From Klebsormidium nitens (lineage: Eukaryota; Plantae; Klebsormidiophyceae), in the NCBI GenBank assembly GCA_000708835.1, contig DF237315.1, forward strand, positions 30,743 through 94,742: 64,000 nucleotides of DNA, read 5' to 3'. The stretch's first letter is position 1. Each line of letters opens with the position of its first letter. This document shows, in pieces, positions 17,790-31,034 of the stretch. Both the position numbers and the translations under genes were made by a program. The notes beneath the pieces are model-generated. The model was not told the DNA's origin and did no database searches. It was given only the letters and a program-made list of their open reading frames with translations.

Positions 17790-19900
17790 CTGCAACACGT
17801 CATGTAAGCTCGATCGGGGGCAGCGCTCTGCTGAGTTGTGTACAAAAGCTTAAGAGTCTGTGACCACTACGCACTCATTTCTCAATCTTTTGACTACGCG
17901 GACCTGCTGATCTAAAAACCTCCACCACGGAGATAAGCATGCAGTCCTGTAAAAGAAGCTGAAACCGTTAGCCTTGACAGCGCGCGACGCTGACCACCTT
18001 CACCTGTTCATTCGAGGCCGGTGAGAAATGACCTGTAGTATTCAATAAGCAACACGTTCATGAGTCAGTATCTGGAAAAGCAACTTCTGCTTGACGTTGA
18101 CCTTTTGAGTGGCCACACGACGCGACAGATTCAAAGATGGCTCCCCAATCCAGGACTGAGGAGCCTTTGGTCCAACAATAAAGGATGAAATGCTCAAACC
18201 TCAGTCCTCAACGGATCCGCAGGACCCCTTCTCGGCCTAAGCCTCTAACTGACCCGGAACCGTCTCAGACTTTCCACCCTCTTACAATCTCAAGAGTCGA
18301 GACAGAACTTCTAAAGTATGAGTCTTCTGACAAAGGATACCTCAACGAATGTACGCGCCCCACGTGGCATGAAACTCACCTCCATATTCGTTTCAACCGC
18401 TTGGTCCGGAACTAGGGGGAGTGGAAGCCGGCATCACGCATCGCTCGCTGGCTTCGGCAGTCCCTACTGCACGGGACATTTTTTGCTTCTCCTCACGCTC
18501 GTGCGTTTCAAAAGCTTCCAAGATTGAGCGCTTGCATTCGGCAGCGGTCATGCTTCCGGTCCCAACAAATGCCCCGACAATTTCCAAGAGATCGGCTGGA
18601 ACATTTGATCTTAGCACCTTCATTATGCTGCCGACGCTATAGCGGTGCGGATACATGAGATCCTCGAACACCTTGTAAGAAAGAAGGCGGCCTTTGTCGA
18701 GAGGCCAGATTTCTTTGAGCTGCGTAAGCCTCGCCTCAACGGCCATCACCGTTTCTAGCTCTAAGCTGCTGATGTATCGCTGCCCTTCTTCCCGTGCCAA
18801 GCCTTGCTCTCCGGCCATGAAACGGACCATGAAGGCGACCGCTTCCGCTGGCTGGAGCTGCAGACGGTCGCCGGAATGCGGCACCGCTAGACCGCGGCCG
18901 AAATTTGGATGGCCAGCAACCCCAAGCACCAGGTGGCCGGCAAGGCATACGAAGCCGGTAATCAGCAGAAACCTCCCCTTCCAAACGAAGCCCTCGACAT
19001 GAAAGTCGTTCACGACATCTGACGTCATCACGTCGTAGCTCTCTGCAGCGTACGCCCCCGGGAAGACTATGCTCGGGAGATGGAACGTCTGGCCACCGCA
19101 GTATGGACAGGGGCCGGCGTTTCGTGGGCTTGAAACCTCCGCTTTGGTTTCTTCCCCGCTAGATCCCCTCTGAGACTTGGCCCCTTCTTTCAACCCACTC
19201 TGCGATCCGTCACACGCTTTCCCAGCTACGTTCTCTTGGCTGAACTTGGACGTTGCAGCACTGACACGCATAATTTTGTCGGCTTCGACTTCGTTCTTCT
19301 CGGTCAGAAACGTAGCAGCCCCGGTAACTTCGGCAAGTCCCGAGCTTCTGAAATTCTTGACGACGCCTCTGCAGCAGAAGATGGGAGGGGGGTTGTATTG
19401 GCGCAACAAGCCGCGCTTGCAGGCGGCATCGAAGTGGCAGCACAGACGCGAAACAACAATCTCATCCTCCACGGAAAGGAACAGGGCCTTCTTCGACTCC
19501 ACCCCCTTGCGATATTCCCTGAGTTCTGACTGTACGTGCCCCCGGCCGTAGGTCCAATCGTACTTTGCTTTCAGGGTCTCAGACTGCAACACTGGCTCAA
19601 AGGTCGGGAAGTGAACCCCCGGGCAGTGGACAAGCAGCTTGAACAGCCCCCTCCATCCCCCTGGTGGATCACCCGCCCCCTGGTGGCAGTACCCGAGCTC
19701 CTCCACCAACCCCCCCGCGTACATCAGGCACAGCTCCTTCCAGGTGACGTCATCCAGGACCTGACGCCACTCTTGCAGAATGCTCCCAAGGGGCCAAGGT
19801 CCTTAGGATTGGGCCCTAACTTGGCGAAGATTCGTTGCAGGATGTCTGGGCCTAGATAGGGCAGCGCAGTGCGCGCATCTGCAACGGTACATACTGCTGC
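17790..19900 (-). pseudogene. EID1-like F-box copy 2, disrupted
   Basis: 1-bp deletion inside the F-box (TGC AAG AG TGG at ~19772 versus TGC AAG GAG TGG in copy 1). Further frame disruption near 18400-18450. Decayed terminal exon (…ECVVVTDS*) at ~17790-17947. Confidence 0.75.
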
Positions 19901-20254
19901 ACCAGTGTAGTCAGAAACAGCAGAGAGTGAGCAGGGATTTTGAAGGCTGTTTGGTGTGTTGCATGCTGGAGGGATCTTTGTAGGCGTTACTAACTTGTAA
20001 GTTGTCTGGAGGAGAGACGTTGTCACCATATTCAGAGAAGTGTCCATTTAGAAGGCTTATCTGCAGACTGCATCCACTACCATTGAAGGTCCATTAGTTG
20101 GCAGGCTAGCCCTTTGGCGCGTCTCTATCGTCTCTGGGAAAAGTCTCCGCCGATGCACGCCGTGAGCACGCCCCAGGGGTATTCTGCTCCGCCCTGACCA
20201 TTCGACTTAGTAAGCTAGTTAGTTCAAGCTTGTGAGCTACCGGCCAGCTAGTCC

Positions 20255-20370
20255 GACGCGCGGCGCGCAGTCACGCGGCCGCCCCCGGTCCGGCGCGAGG
20301 TTTGCAAGATCGGATGGTCAGGGTTTACACTTCTGAACGCATGCGGCCGCGGAACAGGCACAGCCGACGT
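20255..20370. promoter_or_regulatory. Conserved non-coding block in a divergent F-box promoter, unit 2
   Basis: Paralogous to 15262-15360 (gcgcgcagtcacgcg at 20263). Confidence 0.5.
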
Positions 20371-20557
20371 TTTGGAGAATGAAACAGGACGGTACGTCAC
20401 GTTTCGATCCCTCTCCAACGCCCTGGACGTCCCTGCTCATTACTGTAAAACTTAGACTTGAACTTCGCAGGTGGGCGCTTCTCAGACACGCACCATTTAA
20501 GGGTCTCTTTTAAGTGCAGGCGTGTTCCTCGTTTCAGCCTGCTCTTTGCGCCCTTCC

Positions 20558-21913
20558 ATGGCGGGTAGTCATGTAAGGCGAAAGCGCCGCCAGAGGGCGG
20601 CGGCTGAGAGCGCCGCAGCTGATCAACTTGGTGGCGACAGCATCTTTGATACACTTCTGCCGGAGCTTCTGGACTGCATATTGCGCCGCGCGGCGGGGCA
20701 GAGCTCGTTGGCCTGGAAACGCATATCCTTGGTTAACAGGGCCTTCCAAGAGTCTCTTATGCGCTCCTCAGAAACGTTGGTGATCCGCCGAGGGGGCCCG
20801 CTGACTAAGGGCCCGCTGAAGCTGCGACCGCTGCAGGGCGCTGATGCATGCGCTGCTCTTTCAAAGGAGATTGACGCAAGGCCGAGGGTTTCGAAGCTGG
20901 TCTTGAAGGCGGACGCCAAGACTGTTGCCGCTCATTCGCCCGCCATCTTAGAGTTTGGACCCCGGTGGATCTCGGTGGAGGTGGACGTTCCTGAGCCGCA
21001 CTTCACGGGTGTCATGGAGCTTCTTCCGAACCTGGAGAGCTCCATGAGACGACTGACCATCAGGGTTCGACAAAAGGTCACCGGTTACATGTATCAGGGC
21101 GGCAAGAGCATCGCACACCTGGACATAGGCGTCGTCGTGCGAGCTTTTCCGGACCTCAAGAGACTCAACATCAAAGGAGCATACCTTCTCCAAGTTCCAG
21201 CCAGCAAGAACGATGCATTAAACGCTGAGGACTCATTGAGCTGTAAACACAGTAGCCTCAGCATCCGCGAGCCAGGAGTTTGGGATTTGCAGCAGGGTTT
21301 GTCCTACCTACCAGCTTGCCTAACCAGCCTCCGCTCCTTGCGGTTGCAATGCGCGGACGCATTTCCTTTGCACGGGGTTCGAGCTCAGCATATCTCTTTT
21401 GCGCCCCTCATGCAATTGCAGACACTGCGGCTCGATGTGCGTCACAATATGACGCTCTCCAGTTCTCTGTTGGAGGAGGTCGCAGAGCAGTGCGTTTGCC
21501 TGCGGCAGCTTCTAGTTTTCGTCAGCCCGTGTGCCTCCTACGCTTCGAGGCCCTCTGCGAAACTTCCCAACTTTGCAGAGAAGTGCCCAGACCTAGAGCG
21601 CCTTGTAATCAGTCAAGGCGGGACGGTTGCCAGCCCTGGGTTTGTGGAGCTGTTCCGCGAACACGGCCTAGCTGTGCCTTCGAAGTATTCGAGCACGCAG
21701 CGAGACACCAAGATTGTAATCCTTGAAGACGGAGACACCGAACACGCGGGACGCTGCGGCAAGCGATGCTCCGTGGCTATTTTCACTTGCATCATCTCAA
21801 TCTGGGCAGACCCGGTCGATATCAACGATCCTGCGACCCGCAAGCGCGCTGTCGGGAAGCCCGCAACGGTTAAGAAGTGGTGTGACGCGTTCTGTGAGAC
21901 AGAAGGCCCTTAA
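20558..21913 (+). CDS. F-box-like / LRR (RNI-like) protein, copy B2, intronless
   Basis: Intact ORF, ATG at 20558, clearly paralogous to B1 (LLPELLDCILRRAA, GPLKLRPLQGA, KLPNFAEKCP.LERLV.SQGG, RKRAVGKP..V.KWCDAF). Confidence 0.75.
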   Translation: MAGSHVRRKRRQRAAAESAAADQLGGDSIFDTLLPELLDCILRRAAGQSSLAWKRISLVNRAFQESLMRSSETLVIRRGGPLTKGPLKLRPLQGADACAALSKEIDARPRVSKLVLKADAKTVAAHSPAILEFGPRWISVEVDVPEPHFTGVMELLPNLESSMRRLTIRVRQKVTGYMYQGGKSIAHLDIGVVVRAFPDLKRLNIKGAYLLQVPASKNDALNAEDSLSCKHSSLSIREPGVWDLQQGLSYLPACLTSLRSLRLQCADAFPLHGVRAQHISFAPLMQLQTLRLDVRHNMTLSSSLLEEVAEQCVCLRQLLVFVSPCASYASRPSAKLPNFAEKCPDLERLVISQGGTVASPGFVELFREHGLAVPSKYSSTQRDTKIVILEDGDTEHAGRCGKRCSVAIFTCIISIWADPVDINDPATRKRAVGKPATVKKWCDAFCETEGP

Positions 21914-23159
21914 GAATCATTGATAGGATGGAAGAGTAGTGCACGGTGGTGGAACAATCTGCCTTGGTGGCGCTTAAGACGGGTATCTTGGCTCGAAATG
22001 TGTATGCTTGTTTCCTCGGATTAAGGTGCTGAAGATTCCGGTGTGCTTTTTGTAGCAAGGATTGTACAAGATAGTTGGCACTAACTGCTACCATTTTCTG
22101 AAGAGAGCCTGCACTTGTGCTTCACATCGAAGCCTCAGATGCCCTGCATCACGTACTAAGATCGATTATATGCTCTATAGTTCTTCATGGATCTGGATAT
22201 TATTGAGTTTCACATTGCCATGCACCGATGTGACTTGAAGCATGTCAGCTCTATGCAGCTATGCAGAGCGCGTTGAGCAGAACATCGATACAAATATGAA
22301 CACGCGGTATGCATGGTTTTGAACCTGGCAGGTTTATCGATATTGCGCATATAATGGCTTCGCAAAGGAATGAGGGCGGTACGCAAATTGACCGCGCTGA
22401 CTATGCGCCTATGATTCCGTGCAAAGTCGATTAGATATCAATGAAACTTTTTCATGCCGCTTCCCAGAAAATTGCGCGGTGGCTCATGGTCAATCTCTGC
22501 CTGCATCATGACTTCAAGCTGGATGTAACTTGAGATGCTCGAGAACTGAAGTTATGATTGGATGGAGCATTATATAAGAATTATGATGCATAAAATTGAG
22601 TGACCGTAATTGGCCGTACTTCTTGCATGAGGAAGTACGGCCTCTGTACTGCACGTCGACAAAACGTGTACGGAATCAATCAAAACACTGCATTAAAAGT
22701 ACGTGCCATGCACCTTACATGGGATGGAATGCAAGCTGTTGCGGATGCACCTTCCCGTATAGGACAGGACAGGACTCAGAATGCATCCAAAACGACGGCC
22801 AGTCCAAATTCCATGCATCGGTATTGTCAGGTAGACAACCCTATAGTGCGTTGTTGTACGTCTTGATGCATGTCATCAGCAGGTTCCAGTTGAATCATCA
22901 GGACATCGCGGCATGATCTCAGAAATGACTTCTTTTATTCGTTCGATCATGTCTCCCTGAATCCTTATTGTATGCTGTTCAACCCTTGAACCGAACACTT
23001 TCGCGTGTTTCTCGAGGCAGCTCTGTCTCTCAGGACAAGTAACAACAGAGCTTCTCAGCTTGTTTGCCTTGGCGCCCTTGCGAGCCCGTGTCCTTCGCCG
23101 CCGCTACGAGAACAACCATTGGTATGCACCAGTTTCGACGATCACCAGCGGACTGCATT

Positions 23160-26100
23160 CTACTTCTTCCCTGACAACAGGTTGTCCAATCCGAGCATGT
23201 TCTTGACTTTGTCGATTCCTTTTTGCATCGACTCCATCCCCCACGACTCGCGCTCCACGTTGCCGAGGTCCGTCTGCGCCGTCTGCTTGTAGCTGGCACC
23301 CCCGCCGCTGCCCCCCTGGCCTGTGGCGTCATCGAGACCGCCTTCGCCCTTGGGACCTGCAAACAACGATAAAAAGGTTCAGACTTCGTCCCAAAAAAGG
23401 ACTGCGATGAACACAGGCGCAGACTTGCAGTGCAGTCTCTCACGTTCGTGGTCGTCATTGGAAGGCCCGACAGCAGTCCCACCGGCCGACTCTTTTAAAA
23501 GCAAACGCTGATATACGTGGAGACAACTTGGACACCCGCCAATTGCCACAACTACCCTCGTCCAAACGCCCCAAGTACTAGCCCTCAAAAGCCCTTCGCT
23601 TAGTTTGGTTCGATCAACGGCTGGCGAGAAACCTGGAAAGCCCGCTGTAAGACCCGTTCTTCATCCGTCCTTTTGAACGGCTGGTCTTCCGTAGCCGGTC
23701 ACTGTACTTGAGAATCTTCGAAGAGAACCTCTTACGTCTCGACAACCCGTACATCGAATGATTTCTTGAGAGAACAATGATTGACTTGATTTCTTCTCGG
23801 ATGAAAGTCTGAATAGATTCAAAATCAACGAGGGCCAACCTTTGCTTTCCATATGGCGACGAAAGGACGCCCCGAAGCCAGAAAGCCATCCTCGAGAAAG
23901 CAGGAGCGGAAAAGAACCCCAGATGACCACCCAGAAACAACAGCAATCCGTTTATAGGAACTCACCAATAGGGTTCATCATGTGCCCCAGCTGTCCATTG
24001 ACCCACTCGTACGCCGCTAGCGCGACAGGACCCTTTAGGAGCGGCCGTACCTGCACAACGAGCACGTCGGCAATTCATTACAGCTACGCTTTGCACCAAC
24101 ACTCCGTGTGTCTCAATTTGGGCCCCGTCGGAGCTGATTCGACTTGTGTTACAGAGGGTGGACGGCGCAAGCGGCACCTTCAACAATAGAGAAAACTGCG
24201 TGGACGAAGGCAGGTCCTCCGACCGTTCGGGGGGGAATCATTCATGCTGAACAAGATTCTTTGGCGGAGTCCTTCAAACGATTGTTGTCAGCTGATGCAT
24301 AAATTAATGTGACATGTAATGCAGACCCGAAGTAAGAGTCCACATCCTTCTCACATCGAGTCTTATCAAGACGGACAGGGCTGCGATGAGGAAGGGCACA
24401 AACACAATGCTGTTGTCAGACTGATCAGAAGTATTGTCCTTTTCCTGAGTGACCATGCAGTCAAGAGCAACCGAAGGGCTTGAGGCGTGTTTCTCAATCC
24501 GCCTGGAACTCTTGACAGAGAATCCATGCTTATTACTGACAGCATCGACCACAATCTGAAAAGCGCAAAGAGGTCGTCCAACACAATCATGCTCCTTTCG
24601 AAACCCCCAACTTGACTGACTTTCCGCGTATTCATTCCATCAAACTGGCAGTACAAACCAAGGCCCAAACATGCTCAATACGACCCCTACCCTTCCATGC
24701 CCTGTTCCTTCTGGCTCTGAGAGGAAGAGCACAAGCCTGGTTGACTTCATCAAGTTGACAGGCAGCCAGACGAGGTGGGGGCTATCTCAAACATGAGACA
24801 ACAGGCAATCCCACGGTAAAGAAAGACAAGCAACTCAAACAAAACTCAAGCAAATCGTTCTTCTTAGAGCAGGATTGCTACCAGAACATCCTGTTTGAAG
24901 TTCCGACTCTGTTCACTGGACTTTTTGAGTTGACTAGTTAACTCCTTCAAAAACTTGAAAGCGGTTCAGATCGAGATCGAATCGTCGTTGACCCTTGACA
25001 AAGGCCCTAAAAGCAGTTCAGGAACCCTGAACTGACTCCTCACCTCTTCCAGAAACTTGGTGTACTCTGGCCCCGCATACACATCGTTCATCTCCACAAA
25101 GCCGTCGTACCGCTGCCAAAAGTGGTAGACGCTTGGCTCATATGCGTCCTGGCTGCACTCGAACGCGCGCACCGGCGACTTGGAGTCTGCTACCTGGAGG
25201 GGGGGGAGAAAACGAGAAGTAATCTTAACACGGGCAATAAGAAAGACGTTTCACAAAGAGTCATCAGGACAGCTGGGCCTGGCACTCAGCCATATGATGC
25301 AACCAATCGATAGCCCCCGTTTGATGAGCTGTAATGCAGCCTGTACTCGCGTGACTGGAAAAAGAGACTGCGATGAGGGATAGATGCTGAAGGTTTTAAG
25401 ATGCGTGCGCAATTCATTTAGAGGAGGTTGTACAGCTCGTGTTCTAAGTATGTCATTATAAAAATGGTCACTAGAGGCGCCAGTACAATTATGGTATCTT
25501 ACACCAGAAGCACTTGCACAATCCACCCGGCTACTGAAAAGGAGAGCTTTGGTCAATGATGGTGTGAGGCTGCTAGACCAGAGGACTTGCTGCTTCCATA
25601 GGGGCCCCCAAAAAGGGGGCTGACTAAATGAGTAGAACAAGGAGGTATGCGAGTCAGTCAGTCCCAGGGACTGACATAATCCAGTCACGTCTGAGGTTTT
25701 TGTGAGTACTGCTGACAGAGAGTCTTACAATTCGTCTCAGAAAACTGGAGAAAGTGGACGAGTCTGCGGGTACAGTAAAGTAGAGATTAATAGCAGGTTA
25801 CGAAGGTATTAGTCAATAAACAACGCAGAGACGCGAAATGCTAAGATGATCCAAGAATTTTAAGGGGCTGGGTAAGTTGGATGCAAATATTGTGCTTCCG
25901 AAGTTAGGGGCTCTCTCTCCCATGATGGAAGAGGAGGAAGGAGGGCAGTATTGAAAATTGATTGGACATTAGCAAACCCTAATATGGCATTCTCCTAGGT
26001 GGTGGATATTCACCGGTGGTATTCTCATAATTGACCGAAGAACCTTCCTTGCACTGCTTGACTTCCGATAAACAAAGTGAAGGGGCATCATAAATGGATT

Positions 26101-27041
26101 CATATAACTGGACTTGATGCATCGTCTCCGGCACCAGACATGAATGTTGACTATCTCCGATTAACACGAACCGACAAAACTTGGGTAGCAATAGAGCATC
26201 CCCATGGGCCGCACCTTGATTGATGAAAAGGAACCGGCTTGAATGCTCTCACTAACAAAGGTTCAAAATAATGTCAGACTGATTTTGAGCTGCAGTCAGA
26301 AGCTTCTTGTCAGCGGTGATTGAAGTGAAGCAAGTCACAGATCCTAGTGCTTTTGTCAGTGCTGCTTCTGTCAGAGAGAGCAACTACAGTATCAGGGTCC
26401 TCCCTCGGGTACTTTCACAACGAAAGAAACGCAATGTTCATCAGAATCATATCCAAGTCTTCCCTTTTCAGAAAGAGGCCGTCGTGCTTCTGGAATCACT
26501 CAAATAAAGGATGGAAACCAGTTGCAAATGTGTCCAAGGAGTCCTTTGACAAACATGTGTATACCGAGCAGTTGGACAACACAGTCCGCAAATGAAAGCT
26601 TTGGATTTCTTTGTGCAATTGGCAGCCCTACACTGTCACGAAGACAAAAGCAAAAAGTGCACCACCCACCATCGGCCGGAAGTGCTCCACGATACCCCGG
26701 CACAACGCTTGCACCTTTTCCTCCTTGCCCTCCTCCGCAGCCAACGTCACTGTAAGCACCAGGCTCCGCTCTTTGTCCTTCCTCTTCGCCGCCTTGACCT
26801 CCAAACCCCGTCTTAACCTGTTCACTTCCCTCCTTGCGCTTGTGGCCGGCATTGCTATCCTTCTCCCCACATATGAGCTGCTGTACTGTGAAAGATGAGC
26901 CTCTGCAACGGCTTGCCTGCTACATCTCCTGCCAGGCAGCAGTGCCTGACTTCTACAATTCAGTGAAGGAGTAGAGGGAGTGGCATTCTTGAGCAACGAG
27001 GCTTGCCCTGCATTCTGCACTAGACTTTGGCAGGTGGCCAT
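23160..27041 (-). CDS. Putative plastid-targeted antibiotic-biosynthesis-monooxygenase-like (ABM/Dabb fold) protein, 4 exons, 267 aa
   Basis: Exons 27041-26670, 25193-25044, 24050-23966 and 23356-23160 join in frame with GT-AG ends (804 nt). Ser/Ala/Arg-rich transit-like N-terminus, then LVLTVTLAAEEGKEEKVQALC...AFECSQDAYEPSVYHFWQRY...PEYTKFLEEVRPLLKGPVALAAYEW...GPKGEGGLDDATG. The family call is from recalled similarity to green-algal ABM proteins. Confidence 0.75.
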
Positions 27042-27739
27042 GATTTCTGGCCCTGCTGATGGCAGAAATTGAGATTGTTAGTTTGCTGCGATTTGCGTGG
27101 GGTTTGCGTGCCGCTTTTCCAGGAGAAGAGAGATAATGGGTAATAGAATGATAGAAGCAGAATGTGCCAGAGACCCAAACCTGTCGGGAACGATTCCGCC
27201 GGGCAATCAAGATACAAGGTGGGCTTCTTCCAGGAAAGATACAACTTGGCCGAATGCAGACAAAGCGCACCTCTCTCGCTAATTGGAAGCTTGTCGCTTC
27301 TTGTATGTAATACCGGCCTAGCACATACGGTATCTCCTCGCCCTTCTCCCTCAGCTCTTCAGTGACTCTGAGAGAGGCAACTTGTCAAAGTCCAGATATC
27401 CAAATCTTGAAGCTTGCAAAATCTTGCACCAGCCAATCAGCTTGCAGCATTTCGAAGCCTTTCGGACAGATTCAACCCTTTATGACGATATTTTGAGCTT
27501 GTTAGCGTCCGAAACCGAGCGCTTTTGTCCGCAGGCTGGCAGTAGTAGGTATTACAGGTAGGTAGACCGTGACGTGCTAGCCATGTGCGAGGAGCCAGAG
27601 GAGAGTGCTCAGAACTTCCAAGTTTCTGCAAGCAATGCAGTCTGCAGAGCGCACGAGGGTGTTTTCAACAAGCCTTTTAGTTCGAAGGTCGCGCACCGAA
27701 ACCCTTCAGAAGGAAGCAGATCGACATGTGGTCGCGCCA

Positions 27740-30207
27740 ATGGCGAGGACCAAGCAGACGGCCAGGAAGTGCAGTGGTGGCGGAAGCAGGTTCCGAAGAT
27801 CGCCACCTCCCCTTGTGGCCAGTGACTCACGTCCAACGGGCAAGGCGTACTTAGAAGTGCTCAGGCAGCTCGAGCAGTCTCAGAGTCCCGTGTCCTCCGA
27901 GCACGTGACTGGTGTGGTTGCTGGAGTGATCGAGCAGAGCGTTTCGGACGCCCGCACCGCTCTGCCTGATCTGGGCCCCGACCTCCTCCAGCGCATCTTT
28001 GCAAAAGTGGGGCCGCATCCAAAGGACTTGGTTCCCCTTGGAGCCGTAAGCAAGGAGTGGCGTCAGGTTCTGAATGAAAGCACGTGGAAGGAGCTGTGCT
28101 TGGAGCATGCGGGGGGTTTGATCGAGGAGCTCGGGTATAGCAACAAGGCGGACGGGCCCCTGGGAGGATGGGCTGGGTTATACAAAGTCTTAGTGTATTG
28201 TCCAGGGTGTCACCTCCCAACATTTGAGCCTGTACTGCAAGCGGAAGCTTTGCGTGAGGACTACAACTGGACGCATGGCCGGGGCCATGTGGAAGCAGCT
28301 CCAAAGGGGTTTTGCAAGGGAAAGGAAGCGAAAGAGGCTCTGTATCTAGCAACCTCAGATGAGGTGGTCATCTCGCGCCTCTGCTCTCATAGACAGGCGG
28401 TTGAGATGTGCGATGCAGATGAGGCTTCGGCTCCTCCGATCCTGGCTTGCAGGGGCTTCGTCAAGTCCTTTGAGAGCTCAAAGCTTGCCCAAATGAGCGG
28501 GGCCGCTGCATTCTTGAGCAAGAGCATTGAGGCAGCGGGGGCGGCAAGCGGACCCGCAGAGTCTCCTCGCAAAGGAAGTGACCTGGAAGGAGCTGCGATC
28601 ACTTCTAATGTTGAAGGAATGGTAGATAAGGAGGATCTGGATGAGGAAGACTCAAATGCTTTCGACATAGATGACTCTGAAGAGTACTCCTTTGGGGACG
28701 AGGATGAAGGTAGAAGCGAAGGGGAAGCCAGCTCTGACTTGGAGGAAGCCAAGGAACTAGGGCCGCCATGTCTTTACTGCAGCAGCCCAATCTTCGCCCT
28801 GCCTCGCAAAGCCTTCGATCCTCTTTCGCATGTAGACTACGACGAGCTGCTATCAGAGTCTTTCTGTGATGCTTACGACAGGCATGAAGACGGCGATGAT
28901 TCGGAAGAGGACGAGCGCGATGACACAAAGTTTGTGCTAGCGTCGGGGTTTGTGTGCCTCAGCGGCCACATTGTTCTTGGGATGGCTGGATATCCCAAGT
29001 TGGTTGCACTTGGAGTGCCGCACTCTGGAGAAGCTCTGAAGCTTCCGCGTCCGCAAGCAATTGAGTTCCTGCTCAAGTTTTTGGTCGGGAAGCGAGGTTG
29101 GGACCACAGGGAGGGGCACCAGTTCATTCAGGGCCTTGGGCTAGATCAGCTGATCCAAATTGATGCCAGGCTCATGCAAAAGAGGAGGTCTGGCCTGTTG
29201 AGGAACGTGGAAAGTCGGACGATTACAGGACTTTCGGTTTTCTCTATAGAGGGCCGGAGTCTCCCGTGGGCATCGTTGACGTGCTAGAAGCAAAAGTGCC
29301 AGCGAGCCTCTTGGAAGTTGTGCAAGACTTTGTCCTGACGGGGAGTCCCGGCTTTGTCGAGTGCGAGCGGTCCATTTTCGACGCGTTTGAGGCTGTAGAC
29401 CGGAAAGAGGAAGAGGCGATGGCGTGTAGAAACAGAAGACAGGTGGTGGATGAGGCGTTACGCGGGGCAGGTGTAGGGTACCCCTTATGGCAGAATCTTC
29501 CCAAAGACCTGTCAAACACTCTGAAGGCTCATGTTGAAACAGGGAACCCAAGCCTTGCCGAGTGCAACAGTCTAATCCTGGAAGAGCGCGAGACGATCAA
29601 GCAAGAAGAGGAGCGGACCAGAGCTTTGGAACTCAGGATGAAAACAATCTCTGAGGCGTTGCGGCAAGCAGGCTTCGACTCCCAGTACCACCTGGTCCCA
29701 CACCAGCAGTCGCTGAGGGCGTACATAGACGTGAGTCTCACTGCTTTTGTCAATTCACTCAACAAATGATTGTATATACCGAAGAGAGACCCGTGCTATT
29801 ACCTCTGCTGATTGCAGCTTGCTTAGTTTGCATTCGCCTCCAAGCTGTTCTGCACGAATCTGAGCATCAAGAGCAGCTGCTGCATGTCTTCTCCAAATCT
29901 TGTGGTGCCTTGGTTGAGGCAAGGAGTTGGATGGTTTCAATTTGCTGTTTTCATTCATGCCCTAATGATACGCAATTGATGGTTGACTTTGACGTGCACT
30001 CCTTTTCAGGACCCGGGTTCGATTACTGTGGAGGAGGTCGTTGCGCAGCAAAGAGACGTGCGAGTGCAAAGCGGCAACTGTATTGGGGTCACAGACGGCA
30101 GACTTTGTGGAAACAAGGCGGCTCTTGCCTGCTCTAACAAACGTTGCGGGAACTGCTGCCGCAAACTTGTAGAACCCTGCCGTACGGCAAAGCATAGGAA
30201 GTCCTAG
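27740..30207 (+). CDS. EID1-like F-box copy 3 with H3-tail-like N-terminus and terminal Cys finger; one frameshift (pseudogene or homopolymer error)
   Basis: ATG at 27740 gives MARTKQTARKCSGG. Exon 27740-29730, intron, terminal exon 30010-30207. At ~29177-29184 the frame shifts (atgcaaaagaggaggtctgg); one extra A would restore MQKEEVWP, in register with the paralogues. An in-frame ATG also lies ~105 nt upstream. Confidence 0.75.
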
Positions 30208-31034
30208 GATAGACTCGATTGAAACCCAATAGGAGGTTCTACTCTGCCAGTCTTTCTCGAAGAGAGTCTTGCTTGGTTGCACTTCATCGACCGACTTACT
30301 AGAGCAAGTCAAGTGTGCGGGTGCTTTAAAGTTGTGATGGCAAATCTTGGGCCCATCGTGATTGGCTTGATGTACCGTATATTCGGTCGTCAGTGTATAC
30401 GCTTTAGACAACTTATGATGCGCCCACCTACCATACAAGGCCGAGGATATAACTTAAGCTCATGGCCTGTCGACGACCTCTGCATGCCTCATCAGTAGCT
30501 GCTTTCAGTACGTGAGCTTACGGGCTCAAGTGCATTGCAAATGCACATGACCGTCTTAACACGCATATGTATATATTCTAGATGCCACGATGTGCATTGC
30601 ATATAACTGCCACTTACATAGAGCTAAGCTACAATTATGCTCGACCGTCATAACATATGTGCAACTTTTGAATTATGCACTGAATGCATTGATTGATGCA
30701 TATTTACCCACCGCGCTAGACTCGATCACATCCATGCGTATCTCGCGTATGATCTGAGCTTCACCTCACGATGACCTTGCATGCTCCGATGTTAGACATA
30801 ATAGCATGCAATGCGGTGCATGTCGAGCCTTACATACAAGCACGTAGCCGAGCATGTGCACATGCCCGGCAGCGCCCCTGCCGCTTCCACGATTGTGTCC
30901 AAAATAAAGCCAACATAACCACCATTGCAGATAAACTGTGGCCATGAATTAAACCTCAACATTGAGATTGGATGACCGGCGAACTGAAATAATTGGAACG
31001 TCAACTAAAGATATTACTAAATAGCACAAGCATT

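Noticed and set aside
13481-21843. Numerous long antisense or alternate-frame ORFs over the F-box genes
   Set aside because: Shadow ORFs of GC-rich coding sequence.
27740-27800. A histone H3 gene
   Set aside because: Similarity ends after residue 13. There is no histone fold, and the frame continues into an F-box.
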